Source of the DNA: Salpingoeca rosetta
Lineage: Eukaryota > Protista > Choanoflagellata
NCBI GenBank assembly: GCA_033442325.1
Contig: JAWQFM010000017.1
Location: forward strand, 1,256,292 to 1,276,891
Direction of reading: 5' to 3'
Length of the DNA stretch: 20,600 nucleotides
The notes under the pieces are model-generated. The model was not told the DNA's origin. It did no database searches and worked only from the letters and a program-made list of their open reading frames with translations. The position numbers and the translations under genes are program-made. Position 1 is the first letter of the stretch, and each line of letters opens with the position of its first letter. Positions 1 to 20,600 of this stretch are shown here, one piece after another.

Positions 1-90
1 TCTCTCTCTCTCTCTCTCTCTCTGTTACTGTTGCTTGGCTGTTACTCTCATGTGTGCGTGCATGCACGATGGGATCATTCCTTCCACCAG

Positions 91-1458
91 AAGTGGAGCT
101 GGCACCGCACGCCAAGAACGAAACCAGCATCAACACCACCAGCACCAACAGCACCGCCGCCGCCGCCGCAATCGCCGCGATCAACCGCAGCACCACCAGC
201 GGCAGCGCGGTACGGCAATAGTGGTGGTGGTCATGGTGGTGATGGTGGTGGTCATGGTGGTCATGGTGGTGGTGATGCTAATGTTGTGTCTTGAACTCGC
301 TTGTATCTGTAGGTGCATTGTTCTTACTCATTCGCAAATGTGTGTATGTGCATGTGTGTGTGTGCGTGTGCGTGTGCATGTGCATGTGCATGTGCGTGTG
401 TGTTCAGGCGCCTCTGATGAATCGGAGCTCTCGGACGCGTCGCCCTCTGCAATCGCACGCGGCAAACGGTGTGGCCACGGTAGCGGCGATGATTGATGGG
501 CGGGAGTTGAGTTGGCGATGGTGGGCATGGTTCATGCCTTGCAAGCTGCGATTGGTGCTGGTGTTTGGTTGCATCCCCGTGTGCTGCGCGGCGGTGACCA
601 ACACCACCTTAGTGCTGCAGCTGCATGTCGGCACTCATCTTTGCCTTTGCCGCGCTGCTGCATCTGGATCCCATGCATCGGTTTTGCCAGGGTCTTTGCG
701 CACCAGATTCGTGTGCAGGCCATTCAGTGCGCACAGACCATTGCGCTGGTGAGACGCATCACCACGCACGCACGCACACGCACACACATACATCACCACG
801 CACGCGTGTCAAGGAGAGTGGTGACGTACAGATGATGCAGCAGGTGGAACAACACTTACATGTGCACGCAGCACCTGCAAGAATGATGTGTTGTATGCAC
901 TAACATTGCCCACCCTACCCCTGTCTCTGTCTTTTTTGCTTGCAGCTGTGCCCGAAAAAGGTCTTGTTTCGCTACTGGCTCTCATTCTTCCCAGAGTCCC
1001 TCGAAGAAACAGGTGTGTGTGTGTGTGTGTGTGTGTGTTGTTTGCTTGGATTGATTGGGTTGCTTGGATTGCTTGGATTGCTTGGGTTGCTTGGATGGCT
1101 TGGATGGCTTGGATTGCTTGGATGGCTTGGATGGCTTGCTGTCGTTTCGTGCAACTGCTACTTCTAGCAACTGACACCACCACCAACCCCACGTCGTATT
1201 CCACTCCCTTCCTGCACCAGCACCGAGCGTGTACAACGTCATTGCACGCGACCTCATCCCCAAAGGTGAACCGTTCACCAAACACGTGCGCAGCTGCTGC
1301 CTCTGGTGCCTGATCACATGACCACACGTGATGACATTCACACGTGTGCGTTTGAACACGTGATGACATTCACACGTGTGCGTTTGAACACACGCCCACG
1401 AAATCACTCTTTTCGTTTTCTTCCAACTTTCCTTCCCTCCGAGCTCACCACCATCACA

Positions 1459-1501
<43 letters not shown>

Positions 1502-1921
1502 TGTGGGTGTGTGGGTGTGTGTGTGTGTGTGGGTGTGTGGGTGTGTGTGTGTGTGTGTGCAGTGCGGACGGCTGCGCTTTCGCTGACGTCGTGTCTTCTG
1601 CAGCACTGCCGTTCCTTCCTCATGACTGCCGAGCAGTGAGTCGTGTGCACATGCGAACATGTGCGTAATTGTGTGTGTGTGTGTTCATGTGTGTCGACTT
1701 CCATGCGCATATCTGTGCGCTTGGACCACGCAACCGCTCACCGCCACCATCATGACCATCACAATCATCAGGTCTGGCAAAGCGCTGGCGTTTACGTCGT
1801 ATGCGGAGACGCTGAGCGGCTCGCTGCACCAACTACACATAGCGCTGCACCGCGCCTGCACAACAGAGGCCGTCCCATCCGTGCGGCTTGCTGCGTTCAA
1901 GGTGCTGGTCTCCCCTGCTCG

Positions 1922-1959
<38 letters not shown>

Positions 1960-4671
1960 AAGTTGTTGTTGTTGTTGTTGTTGTTGTTGTTGGTTTATCG
2001 TGGTTGGGTGGGCCCGTTCTTTTGATTGTTATTTTTTTTTATCCGCGTCTATGTTTGTGTTTGTACGTGTGAGTCTGCCCCATCCTTTGTGGTTTGTTGT
2101 CTTTGTGTGTCTGTGCCTGGGTATAGCAGGCTGCTACTTTGTTATTGTTTCAAACGATGTTCCGTGCTGCAAGCCTCTCTACCCATTCTGCATACGCTTG
2201 AGCGAACTCGCGCCAATACGGGCCCAACTCACACATGTGCAACCTGTTTCTTTTCTGTGTCTCTCTCCTTTTTTTTTTTTTAAATTGGATATTCCTTTTT
2301 TCTATAGTGCACCTCTGCGTTGGTGGGAAAGACACACTACAACCGCTTCAAGCACCCAGACACCGCCTTGCTCTTCGACATTGTGCACACGGGCCTCANN
2401 NNNNNNNNNNNNNNNNNNNNNNNNNNNNNNNNNNNNNNNNNNNNNNNNNNNNNNNNNNNNNNNNNNNNNNNNNNNNNNNNNNNNNNNNNNNNNNNNNNNN
2501 NNNNNNNNNNNNNNNNNNNNNNNNNNNNNNNNNNNNNNNNNNNNNNNNNNNNNNNNNNNNNNNNNNNNNNNNNNNNNNNNNNNNNNNNNNNNNNNNNNNN
2601 NNNNNNNNNNNNNNNNNNNNNNNNNNNNNNNNNNNNNNNNNNNNNNNNNNNNNNTTCTTCTTCTTCTTCTTCTTCTTCTTCTTCTTCTTCTTCTTCTTCT
2701 TCTTCTTCTTCTTCTTCTTCTTCTTCTTCTTCTTCTTCTTCTTGCGTCCTCCGCAGACCAAACAACTGCAATCGCCGCTATGAAGACGTTTGCAGCCATC
2801 GTCTCCTCAACGGTCGGGCACAGGAGCTTGTGTGCCTGCGTGTGTGTGTGTGTATGTGTGTGTGTGTGCCCTGTGTCTGTGCATCTGTGCCCTGTGCGTC
2901 GGTGTGTGTATCTGTCTGTGTTTGTGTTTGTGAGTCTGTGTGTCTGTGTTTGTGTGCCTGTGTGTCTGTGCGTCTGTCTGTGTATCCTCGACTCGGCTCA
3001 GGTGATACGTCTCTCCACAGTATGTAACCGGCCATGCATCCATCTCACCTTGTCTCTCCCTTCGCCTCCACAACTACACAACCACGGCTTCTGTGCTTAC
3101 AGCTGGCAGAAGTGCAGCTGTCCCCACTGCTGCGTGTGCCTGAAGCAGAGGCACCAGGGGACAAGAGCAGTGTCGGTACAGACAGCGCACATGCACGCGG
3201 CAGCGAAAAGCAACAGCAGTCGGACGCTGATGACGCTGCACACGACATCATGGCACTCCTGTTGAGATATGGATCGGCAACCCAACCATTGGCATCACCA
3301 TCAGCATCAAAACCACCAGCACAATCAGCACAATCAGCACAATCAGCACCAGCGTCTGTGCAGGTTGAGGCCCTGCAAGCGTTGACGGCGCTCGTGTGTC
3401 GCCACCCGCGCGGCCTGACCCATCTCTGGCCACGGCTCTCGCACTTGCTGCTGCAGCTGGCAGGCACAACGGCAGCACACGCGGGCGATGATGGTGATGA
3501 TGGTGATGATGGTGATGGCGAAGTGGCATCGGTGCCGAAGAAGCAGCAGGTGCAGCCTCAGCAAGTGGTTTCGTCACAGGATGAGGGATTGAATGCGGTT
3601 GTGGTCCCACGCATGCTGAAGCTGGTGGAGGAGTTGGGACGATTTCTGCAGACGGCGCCACAACTACAGCACAGCGTACGTGATGCTGCTCTGATCGATC
3701 ACCATGCGTGGTGGATGCAGTTACGGACACAAAATACGGGCATACCTACACACGCACGCACGCTCACACACGCTCACACACGCTCTCACACACACTCACA
3801 CACGCTCACACACACACACGCTCACACACGCTCACACACACACACACGCACACTCATGTCAACGTGCGCCTGCATCCGGTTCTCAGCCCAAACCGCCTCA
3901 ACCCATCTCGCACCTGCTCAACTCAACACACACTCACCCCACCTCCTCCACCACCACTGCCGCCACCACCACGATCTCAGGCGGTTGTCTTCTGGGAGGC
4001 ATTCACGGAGAGCGCCCTGCAGGAGTGTATTGAGAGCGACGTGCCGTTTGTGCGGTCATGTGCGTGCGACTGCTTGGCCAGCATCGGCAGCAGCGTGTTT
4101 GCCCGGCTTCAGGTGGGACATACGTTTGCTTGGGCTTGCTGTGCCGACTTGTGCTGTGGTTGTGTTGTGGTGTACAATTTCGGCGCGAGGAACGATGATG
4201 CTTTGCAATGAGGGCCAGCAGAACACACGCGCGCATGTCCCACCGTGCTTTCTCTGCACGCCTCCCGCCCCCCCCCCCCCACACACACACACACACCACA
4301 CATATGCCTGCGCACCACCCCCCCCCCCCAAATAAAAAACGACAGGCGTGGAAGCAGCGCCACTACCAAGTGCTTCTGCTCGGGCTGAGCCGGGACCAGG
4401 CACCGCCAGTGAAGGCTGCGGCAGGGCGCGCACTCGGATCAATGGTGGCATATCCGCACCTTCAGCAGGATGCCATCTTCATGTCGGATATGGTGGACGC
4501 GCTCGTTGGCGCAGCGCAGGACGACAACATCACTGTTCGCGTCCGCGCCAGCTGGGCCCTCGGTAAGGACTAGGAAGGGCTGGGGAGGGTGTGTGTGTGT
4601 GTCTATGTCTATGCGTGATGTACATTGTGTCTGTGTGCGTGCGTGTATGTGCGAATGCTGTGCTTGTGTGC

Positions 4672-4717
<46 letters not shown>

Positions 4718-6297
4718 GGCCGCGCCTTGACCTCCTTGCCTTGTTCTGTCAACCCCCCCCCCCTTCCAACCTGCGTCGACCCACCCTCGCACGTGTGTGC
4801 TTGCAGGCAACTACTGCAATGCGCTGGGTGCACTGCGCTCCCTCGGACAGCTCGTCCTGAACCGAATCGTCAATGCAGAGCAGTTGCATCGCCTTCTGGA
4901 CCTTTCTCTCGCCCTCTGCGAAGACAAGGACAAGGTGTGTGTGTGTGGGGGGGGAGGTCTGTGAGTGCGTGTGCGTGTGTGGGTGTGCGTGTGTGTGTGG
5001 GTGTGTGTGTGTGTGTGTGTTTCTGTGTCTGTGTCTGTGTGTGTGTCTGTGTGTGAGGGGGGAGGTTCGACTTGCCATTCTGCTTACCTCTGTCTGCGTA
5101 CCTCTGTTCGTGTGTATGTCATCAACCACGCCCACGTGTGTGTGTCACCTACTGGGCCAACAGATTCGGGCAAATGCGCTCCGGGCTGTCGGCGAACTGG
5201 CCCGCATCCTTCCCACAGATGTACGCACACAGACACCCTCCGTTTTCACGTGTGTATGAGCGTGTTTGGGTCCATCTGCATCGGCGTGTGTTCCTTGTGT
5301 GTCCTCCTCCACTCACTCAACTCCTCATCGATTTTGCCACCGAACAGGATCGCTTGTTCTTTGAGAAGTGCGTCACTGCCATCGTCAACAACACCCACCG
5401 CCGCCCACCGAAGGTGCAACACGAGCCCTCCCCCCCCCCTCGCATGGTTCCTCCCGTGCGCTTCCCCAAATGTGTCCACTCCCACACGTGCACACACGCG
5501 CACATCCGCACATGCACAAATGTGCACACGCACACACACGCGCGCGCGCACACACACTCTCTCTCGTCATCTCTCTTCCTCTCGTTCCTCATCACGGCTG
5601 TTGTTGCCTTGTTGCCTTGGTACAGGTGCAATGGAACGCGTGTCACGCTGCACGCAACGTTCTGCGCAACCGGGAGCTCAAAGCCATCACCCCTGAGGCT
5701 GTGGTGAGCTTGAACGTGCACACAATGCGCGCTGGTACTTCTGTGCTCCTTTCACTTGCTGCGACTTGCGGTAACCGCCATACCACTCCTCATTGCGCTA
5801 ACTGTGTGCATGTGTGTGTGGTGGGGGGGCGGGGGCGGTTGTCACAGATAAACCTGGTGGACACGCTGCTTGGGACCATCGAGCACAACTCCAACTATAA
5901 GGTGCGATGCCTGCGACCACACAGCCGTTGAAGCACACTCGCGTGACTGGCGCTGCAGTATCGCCGCTGTTGCACATGTGTCCTTTGTCATCATCACTAA
6001 CACTCACACTCACACATGCATGCATGCATGCATTCACACTCACACATGCATGCACACACATGCATTCACACACATGCATTCACACACACACATGCATTCA
6101 CACACACACACGTGAATGTGTCTGGCACACATCACGCCTCCACGGCGCCCCCCTCCCTTTCCTCGTCGGTAGGTGCGCATTGGCGCTGCCGGTGCCCTGC
6201 GCTCGCTCGATCGCTCGGACTGGACCAACCAGCACGCCTTTGCCGCCGCACTCGAGGTACTCGGCTCGGCATGCCTGTAATTGTCCACTTTGCGTGC

Positions 6298-6353
<56 letters not shown>

Positions 6354-6621
6354 CGTGTGTGTGTGCGCGTGTTGATGTGCCACCGCGTGTGGTGTTGTTT
6401 TTGTCTTTGTGCACGCATGCTATGGTGAGCTGAACGGGCTACACATTGCATGCTGTTTCAGACCCTGTTGGCCACGCTGACACCGACTGGGCAGGCAAAG
6501 GACTTCAACGAGTACAGATATCGCGAAACGCTGCACAAGGAGGTGGGGCACATTCGAGCTGTAATTGTGTACGCGCGCGCGCGCGTGTGTGTGTGTGTGT
6601 GAGTGTGTGTACATATGCGTA

Positions 6622-6660
<39 letters not shown>

Positions 6661-7320
6661 ATATGCGTACACGTGTGTGTGTGTGTGTACATATGCGTAC
6701 ACATGTGTGTGTGCATACGTACACATGTGTGTGCTTCAGCGCTGGGACGTCACTTGACGTTTTCGCACAAACACGTGTGTATATACGTGTATGTGTTTTG
6801 TGCGTTTCAGGTTGCGCTGACGGTACATGAGTTGTTGCTGTCGTCGCCACCTGAGACCCTGAAGGCGGCATCACAAGTCCTTCACGACCAGTCGTCACAA
6901 CTCTCCATCGTAAGTGTGTTCGAGTGCGGAGATGAGTACAGGAGTACGGCTTCTTGCGGTGTGTGTGCGGGTGAAGTTGTTGTTGCACGGGCGCTGGCGC
7001 ATCGTGTGCTCCGTTTGTATTCGTTTGCCTTGCGCTCCTTTCCGTATTGGCCACGTCAGCTCACCTTCACGACACCGCGTGCATCCCATCAGATGTTTGG
7101 CATTCTGCGCCGCGAGCAGCAGATGCAGCACGGCTCCCGCCCTGCCAGCAGAGAGGCGCCCAGTGCAGACAACACAAGCGACGGCGCGCGCAGCCACGAC
7201 GAGCACCAGCACCAGCACCAGCAGGCTCGTGGAGGCGACGATGACGGTCCTGAACAGTCTGAGGGCGGCAGCGGCGCTGATATCGCCATTGATGTTGAGG
7301 TGCACAGCAATGACGGATGA
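91..7320 (+). CDS. HEATR6: HEAT repeat-containing protein 6-like (DUF4042 + HEAT repeats), multi-exon, 5' end outside window
   Basis: Phase-consistent GT-AG exons: 91-209, 408-468, 691-748, 946-1012, 1221-1265, 1563-1635, 1772-1901, 2308-2398 (cut by gap), 2757-2812, 3103-3675, 3981-4112, 4346-4562, 4807-4934, 5164-5220, 5348-5413, 5626-5703, 5848-5901, 6173-6256, 6462-6542, 6811-6909, 7093-7320 (TGA). The spliced peptide reads SDESELSD, IRVQAIQC, KKVLFRYWLSFFPE, AFTSYAETLSGSLHQLH, ACDCLASIG, VKAAAGRALG, VRVRASWALGN, DKDKIRANALRAVG, KVQWNACHA, NYKVRIGAAGAL, DFNEYRY. These match, in order, motifs I recognise from animal HEATR6 (SESDFSD, KKVLYGYWSAFIPD, KVRWNACYA, NFKVRI). Confidence 0.9.
1054..1138. 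repeat. Intronic 9-bp minisatellite (GCTTGGATT/GCTTGGATG)n
   Basis: About nine degenerate tandem copies inside the HEATR6 intron 1013-1220. Confidence 0.85.
1324..1387. repeat. Perfect 32-bp tandem duplication in intron
   Basis: ACACGTGATGACATTCACACGTGTGCGTTTGA at 1324-1355 and 1356-1387. Confidence 0.85.
1921..1990. repeat. (GTT)n microsatellite, intronic
   Basis: Directly visible, with one interruption. Confidence 0.9.
2399..2654. other. Assembly gap (N run) interrupting a HEATR6 exon
   Basis: N run; exon 2308-2398 runs into it without a donor site. Confidence 0.99.
2655..2743. repeat. (TTC)n microsatellite acting as polypyrimidine tract, abutting the assembly gap
   Basis: Directly visible; ends about 10 nt before the acceptor AG at 2755-2756. 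Confidence 0.9.
6605..6725. repeat. Compound repeat: GTGTACATATGCGTACAC units separated by (GT)n
   Basis: Three copies of an 18-nt imperfect palindrome in the HEATR6 intron 6543-6810. Confidence 0.75.
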
Positions 7321-8153
7321 GAAGAAGGGAGACGCAGAGCGCGAGTGCGGCGGCGTTGTCATCGAAGGGGAGGGAGAAAGGCCTTTGGAGGGCTAGTTTG
7401 CTGTGTCCGTACTCTTGCTTGCCTGTTGTCCTGTTGACTGGCGCCTGCACTCACGTGCTGTGATGTGCGTGTGTTTTGTTGTTGTTTGAAGGCGTTGGAA
7501 GCAAAGCTGGCTGGGATCGTGGACGTGCCGGTGCATGGAACGCGAGTGGCAATGGCGCACGAACAGCAGAAGCAGAACGGTACAGCGATGGAGGAAAGCG
7601 AGACGAATGACGAGGACTAGATGATGATGCTGCTGCTGCTCTGCTGCTGGGTCTTTGTGCTCTTGAATGGAGGGTTGCTTGGCTTGGGGATTCACGCTGG
7701 AAGAAGAAGAGGAGGAGGGGGGAGCAGGAGGAGGAGGAAGAGGAAGAGGAAGAAGAAAGGATCAAAGGAGGGTGTGCCAATACAACGCAACCTGTATCCA
7801 TCGTGTGTGCGATGAATATGAAAAACCAAACAGTTGTTGGAAGAGAGTGATATGATATATGTAATGATGAGAACGTTGTGGGGCCTGTGGGGAAGTTGTT
7901 TCTTCAGGTTGTTGTGGCGGTAGTGTTTGTGTCGAATCACGCTTTGATGAATGACAGTTGTCGCGTGCGAGGTAGAACAGCCACTACAGCTTGTGCACAA
8001 TCTCAACAATGTACATACACGACTGCGTTTGGAGAATCTAATTGTGAGCAAATGACAGCGTTCTTGAAAACATTTAATTAAGGAAAACAAAACAAAAATT
8101 GATTCCTCACCACATCTGCAGCATTTCCGCAGAGGCCTCGCAATCCAAACAAT

Positions 8154-8201
<48 letters not shown>

Positions 8202-8659
8202 CACATACACAATTGGAATAAACGCACGGAGTTGTGAAGCATCTTCAACCGCCCGGGTAAACGAAAAGTGTTGCAGAGCAGGAATACGCAGCAGCGACCA
8301 ACCACTCAACCACGCATGCATGTCATGTTCTGATGATGGTGCACATTTGGCGATGCAGGCCATGTGAGCTGAAGAACTGCCATGCCTTTGTCGAGACGAG
8401 TGAACGTTGTTGTGGCACTCGTCAAACAAATACGGTGCATCTTGCGTGGTGGTTGTCACTCGAATGTGCATGGGCTTCATGCATGGATGGCTTGACTTGG
8501 ATTGGTTGATGTCCAATCGAGTAGGCAAAGATGTCGTTTATCGCTCCACCATGATCAGCACATGAACCCCAGGCATGGCATGGCAGCAGAGTACAAAAGA
8601 AAAAGAAGAACAATGGATGCACATGCACATGTATGTACAAGCAAGCGGGCGTGTTGTGT

Positions 8660-13507
<4,848 letters not shown>

Positions 13508-13577
13508 GGCCGTGCCCATACAGAGACAAGACAGAGACAGACAGACAGTTACGCCCACAGCAAAGCAGACAACTGCT

Positions 13578-13591
13578 GTTGCCGAGGAATC
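13578..13591. promoter_or_regulatory. Candidate RFX X-box upstream of Tectonic
   Basis: GTTGCCGAGGAATC resembles the X-box GTTNCC-NN-GGNAAC and lies about 70 bp upstream of the ATG of a ciliary gene; the right half-site is imperfect. Confidence 0.3.
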
Positions 13592-13995
13592 ATGAATATC
13601 ATCATCATTTTTCGCCTGCGGTTTGCTCGCTCGCTCGATTTTCAAAAACGAAACACAGCCAGCATCAACATCAACCACCGCCCGCGACAAGACAACAAGA
13701 CAATCGCAGACACTCAAGATGACAGCCGGGCAGGCTTCGGTGAGGCCATCTGACAAAGTGTGGTGGGCGATTGAGGGCTGAGCAAGCGATGGAGAGGGAG
13801 CCGTTCAACGTGCGTTGCAGCGCACGCAGCGTGTGCAACGGTGACGGCCCAGCATCACTTGTTGTCGAAGCACTTGCCTGCTAGCACAAATGCGCGCGCT
13901 TTTTGTTTCTCACACATGTACGCCTGCACACACACACGCACACACACGCACATGATGCACGATGCAAGGGAGAGGATTCAAACAACAGTACCGCA

Positions 13996-17378
<3,383 letters not shown>

Positions 17379-17389
17379 ATGGAGTGCGC

Positions 17390-17446
<57 letters not shown>

Positions 17447-17673
17447 CTTGGACAGAGTGGGAGAGCGCGCACGTGTGTGTATGAGTGCGAGAAGGTTCAT
17501 GTGTGTGCGTTGTTTGAATGGATATGCGTGTGTGTATGTGTGTGTGCGCGCGCGCGTGTGTGTGTTGTGGGGCTGGAGACGATGATGGTTACTTCCCTCT
17601 TTTGAAAGTGACCCTGACTCTGAAGCAGCGTTGTATTCGTGCAATGGTGTGGATTGAGATGGGCTGAATGCGC

Positions 17674-18460
17674 NNNNNNNNNNNNNNNNNNNNNNNNNNN
17701 NNNNNNNNNNNNNNNNNNNNNNNNNNNNNNNNNNNNNNNNNNNNNNNNNNNNNNNNNNNNNNNNNNNNNNNNNNNNNNNNNNNNNNNNNNNNNNNNNNNN
17801 NNNNNNNNNNNNNNNNNNNNNNNNNNNNNNNNNNNNNNNNNNNNNNNNNNNNNNNNNNNNNNNNNNNNNNNNNNNNNNNNNNNNNNNNNNNNNNNNNNNN
17901 NNNNNNNNNNNNNNNNNNNNNNNNNNNNNNNNNNNNNNNNNNNNNNNNNNNNNNNNNNNNNNNNNNNNNNNNNNNNNNNNNNNNNNNNNNNNNNNNNNNN
18001 NNNNNNNNNNNNNNNNNNNNNNNNNNNNNNNNNNNNNNNNNNNNNNNNNNNNNNNNNNNNNNNNNNNNNNNNNNNNNNNNNNNNNNNNNNNNNNNNNNNN
18101 NNNNNNNNNNNNNNNNNNNNNNNNNNNNNNNNNNNNNNNNNNNNNNNNNNNNNNNNNNNNNNNNNNNNNNNNNNNNNNNNNNNNNNNNNNNNNNNNNNNN
18201 NNNNNNNNNNNNNNNNNNNNNNNNNNNNNNNNNNNNNNNNNNNNNNNNNNNNNNNNNNNNNNNNNNNNNNNNNNNNNNNNNNNNNNNNNNNNNNNNNNNN
18301 NNNNNNNNNNNNNNNNNNNNNNNNNNNNNNNNNNNNNNNNNNNNNNNNNNNNNNNNNNNNNNNNNNNNNNNNNNNNNNNNNNNNNNNNNNNNNNNNNNNN
18401 NNNNNNNNNNNNNNNNNNNNNNNNNNNNNNNNNNNNNNNNNNNNNNNNNNNNNNNNNNNN
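17674..18460. other. Assembly gap (N run) between the kinase gene and KCTD10-like 3' ends
   Basis: N run flanked on the right by (CA)n. Confidence 0.99.
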
Positions 18461-18544
<84 letters not shown>

Positions 18545-19075
18545 CTTCTCCCTCAGTCTTGCCTTCTGGCATGTGCTTTTCCAGCGTGCGAATCTGTTGG
18601 TCTTTGCTGCCCCTCGTTGTCAAATCACACTCCACACCCCCCTCTCCCCTGCGGGCGTCTTGGACTCCTGTTTCCGTCTACTCCCCCCCCCGTTTATAAC
18701 TGTACCCGGCTCCACCTCACCCTCCTCGTTGTCCCCCTTGTTGTCCACCTCCCTTAACTCGAACCTTGTCATTTTGGTTACGTCGTGCTGTTGTGTGCGC
18801 GCATGCTTGTGTTGCTTGCCCTGGCCGTTCTCGTGTTTGCGTTTTGTTGGTTGGAGGACTGTCACAGTCAGTTGTGTTTCGTTCGTTTACAAGTTTACTT
18901 CTGCAGTGTGTGCGTGTTGTTGCCGACGTACCAATAGACGACACATAACCCACCCACCAACAAGTGCTCCACACCACGAGAAATCAACAACAAGCAGCAA
19001 TAAGGAGGAGTGGAAGCGGTGCCATCATGCCAAAAGGTGCAGCCTTCCTGTACGTGTATGCACGCGAGTGTACCA

Positions 19076-20316
19076 CTATCTCTTTGTTGGGTCTGGGGAT
19101 TCGATACAGCGCGGAAGGGTTTCTGCCGGGTCAGGCTGTCGGTGAAAATGATGCAAAGCGACGTGCAAGTGGTGAGCACTGAAGTGGGGCATGGGCAATG
19201 GAGCATGTGATGCAGCAGCAGTTACAGCACAAGCGCAAGGGGAAGATGCGGTGCACAGCAAGCTCACCCGTCCAGGCTCATACAGCAGCATGTTCATGTT
19301 TTCTTCGTATAGCCTGCGCGGGTTGGAGTGGGTGCATGGGTTGGAGAGAGTGAGTTGGGGCATGTAGAATATGTGCAAGCACCAAACGACATTCACAGCA
19401 GCGACACAACAGTGTTTCGCGGGGACACAGACACAGACACAGACACAAAGATACAGACACAGACACACAAACACACAGACACACAAACACACAGACACAC
19501 AAACACACACACACACACAGACGCAGACACACACACACACACAGAGAGACAGACAGACAGACAGACACACACACACACACACAGACACACAATCATACAC
19601 ACACACACACACCTTGCCTCTGGGAACTCAATCTTTGTCTGCCGCCTGTCTGGCGCGTAGACAATGGAGGCGCAGTTGACCTCTGTGATGAAGCGGCCTT
19701 TGCCAAAGAACGACCACGTGCATATCCGCCCGTTGCGTCCGCTGACGTCCTTCGCGTACAGGATGCGCCCGTGAAACTTGGACGCTAGCTTGTCAAACAG
19801 CTCAATGTGCCGCAAAAAGGCCTCCGTAGCCGTCGCCGTGTACGAGAACCGGTTCATGCTGCGGTTGCACGAAAGCTTGACGAGGGGCAGGCCCGTCCCC
19901 GTCAGCTGCACGAGCTTTGCGTCGTGCTCCTCAGACACCACCATGGGTACTGCGCACGTTGTGAGCACGCACTCGCATAGCTTTGCCTCCACCTCACGCT
20001 GCAGGTCGGCGAGGAGAAAGTATTTGGCCTCGACAAGCAGGGCCTCCAGCTCCGCCTGCTGTGTCGGCAGTGGCACGGAGCCGTCGCGAAGGTGGTTGAG
20101 GATGTAGTGGAAGTACCGCCCGTCACGGTCAATCACCACAAACCCTGTGTAGGAAAGAGAAGGGGATGGGAAATGAGCGTGAGCGATGTGAGCGTGAGTG
20201 TGGGTGATGATGTGAGTGGAGGAAAGCTGCCGTTGTGTTTGAGGTGGGTTGTGCACCTTTCTTGTCTGCCTCGATGGGCATTCGGCCGCTGAACATGGCT
20301 GCCAGCATGTGATCAT
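19076..20316 (-). CDS. KCTD10: BTB/POZ adaptor for CUL3-mediated RhoA degradation (KCTD10/KCTD13/TNFAIP1 family), 5' exon(s) outside window
   Basis: Exons on minus: 20316-20257, 20144-19613, 19313-19268, 19135-19076 (TAG), all phase-consistent. The peptide MLAAMFSGRM..IDRDGRYFHYILNHLRDGSVPLP..EAKYF..VKLSCNRSMNRFSYT..IELFDKL..WSFFGKGR..SIVYAPDRRQTKIEFPEARLYEE closely follows KCTD10/TNFAIP1. The last exon is less certain. Confidence 0.92.
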
Positions 20317-20600
20317 CTGGCTCCGAGAGAGGAGGATTGCGCATGCAAACGGGTGAATTGGGGCACAGCCAGGTTCAAAAGCAACCAAGCAACAAAGCGC
20401 AAGTGCAGCCACAGAGAGACAGAGGGACAGACAGAGAGACAGAGGGACAGACAGAGAGACAGACAGAGAGACAGAGAGACAGACACACACCCACACACCC
20501 ACACACACCCCACCCACCACCCCACACCCCCACACCACACCACACCACACCCACACACCCACACCCACACCCACACCCACACACCCACACACACACATTC

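Noticed and set aside
1054-1138. (AWI/AWM)n or (QAI)n repeat peptide ORFs
   Set aside because: Intronic minisatellite between two phase-consistent HEATR6 exons.
1643-3265. 540-aa ORF and overlapping ORFs across the first gap
   Set aside because: Open only because of the N run and (GTT)/(TTC)/(GT) repeats; the real coding parts are short HEATR6 exons.
6605-6725. Spaced palindromic repeats suggesting a CRISPR-like array
   Set aside because: The spacers are just (GT)n, the context is a eukaryotic intron, and there are no cas genes.
7878-8081. 67-aa ORF with hydrophobic start and several Cys, possible secreted peptide
   Set aside because: Non-ATG start, AT-rich composition, no recognisable motif; lies between convergent 3' ends and is probably UTR or intergenic.

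Overview
Eukaryotic, intron-rich genomic window with (GT/CA)n-packed introns, GT-AG splicing and two N-gaps (2399-2654, 17674-18460). The style and gene content suggest a choanoflagellate such as Salpingoeca (inference). Splicing by hand gives four genes. (1) A 5'-truncated HEATR6-like HEAT-repeat gene on + (<91-7320, at least 21 exons). (2) A Tectonic (TCTN1-like) ciliary transition-zone gene on - (13507-8660), with a long poly-Thr stalk and an N-terminal Cys motif broken by a cluster of single-base insertions. (3) An orphan gene on + (~13996/14439-17378) encoding a helical N-terminal region, a PD-(D/E)xK restriction-endonuclease-fold domain and a minimal atypical protein kinase. This is the nuclease+kinase architecture of Crinkler/RHS-type (CR) eukaryotic effectors and is the most interesting feature. 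(4) A KCTD10/KCTD13/TNFAIP1 (BACURD) BTB gene on - (>20316-19076). Most long ORFs in the supplied track are microsatellite or gap artefacts. All homology calls come from motif recognition from memory, not from database searches.
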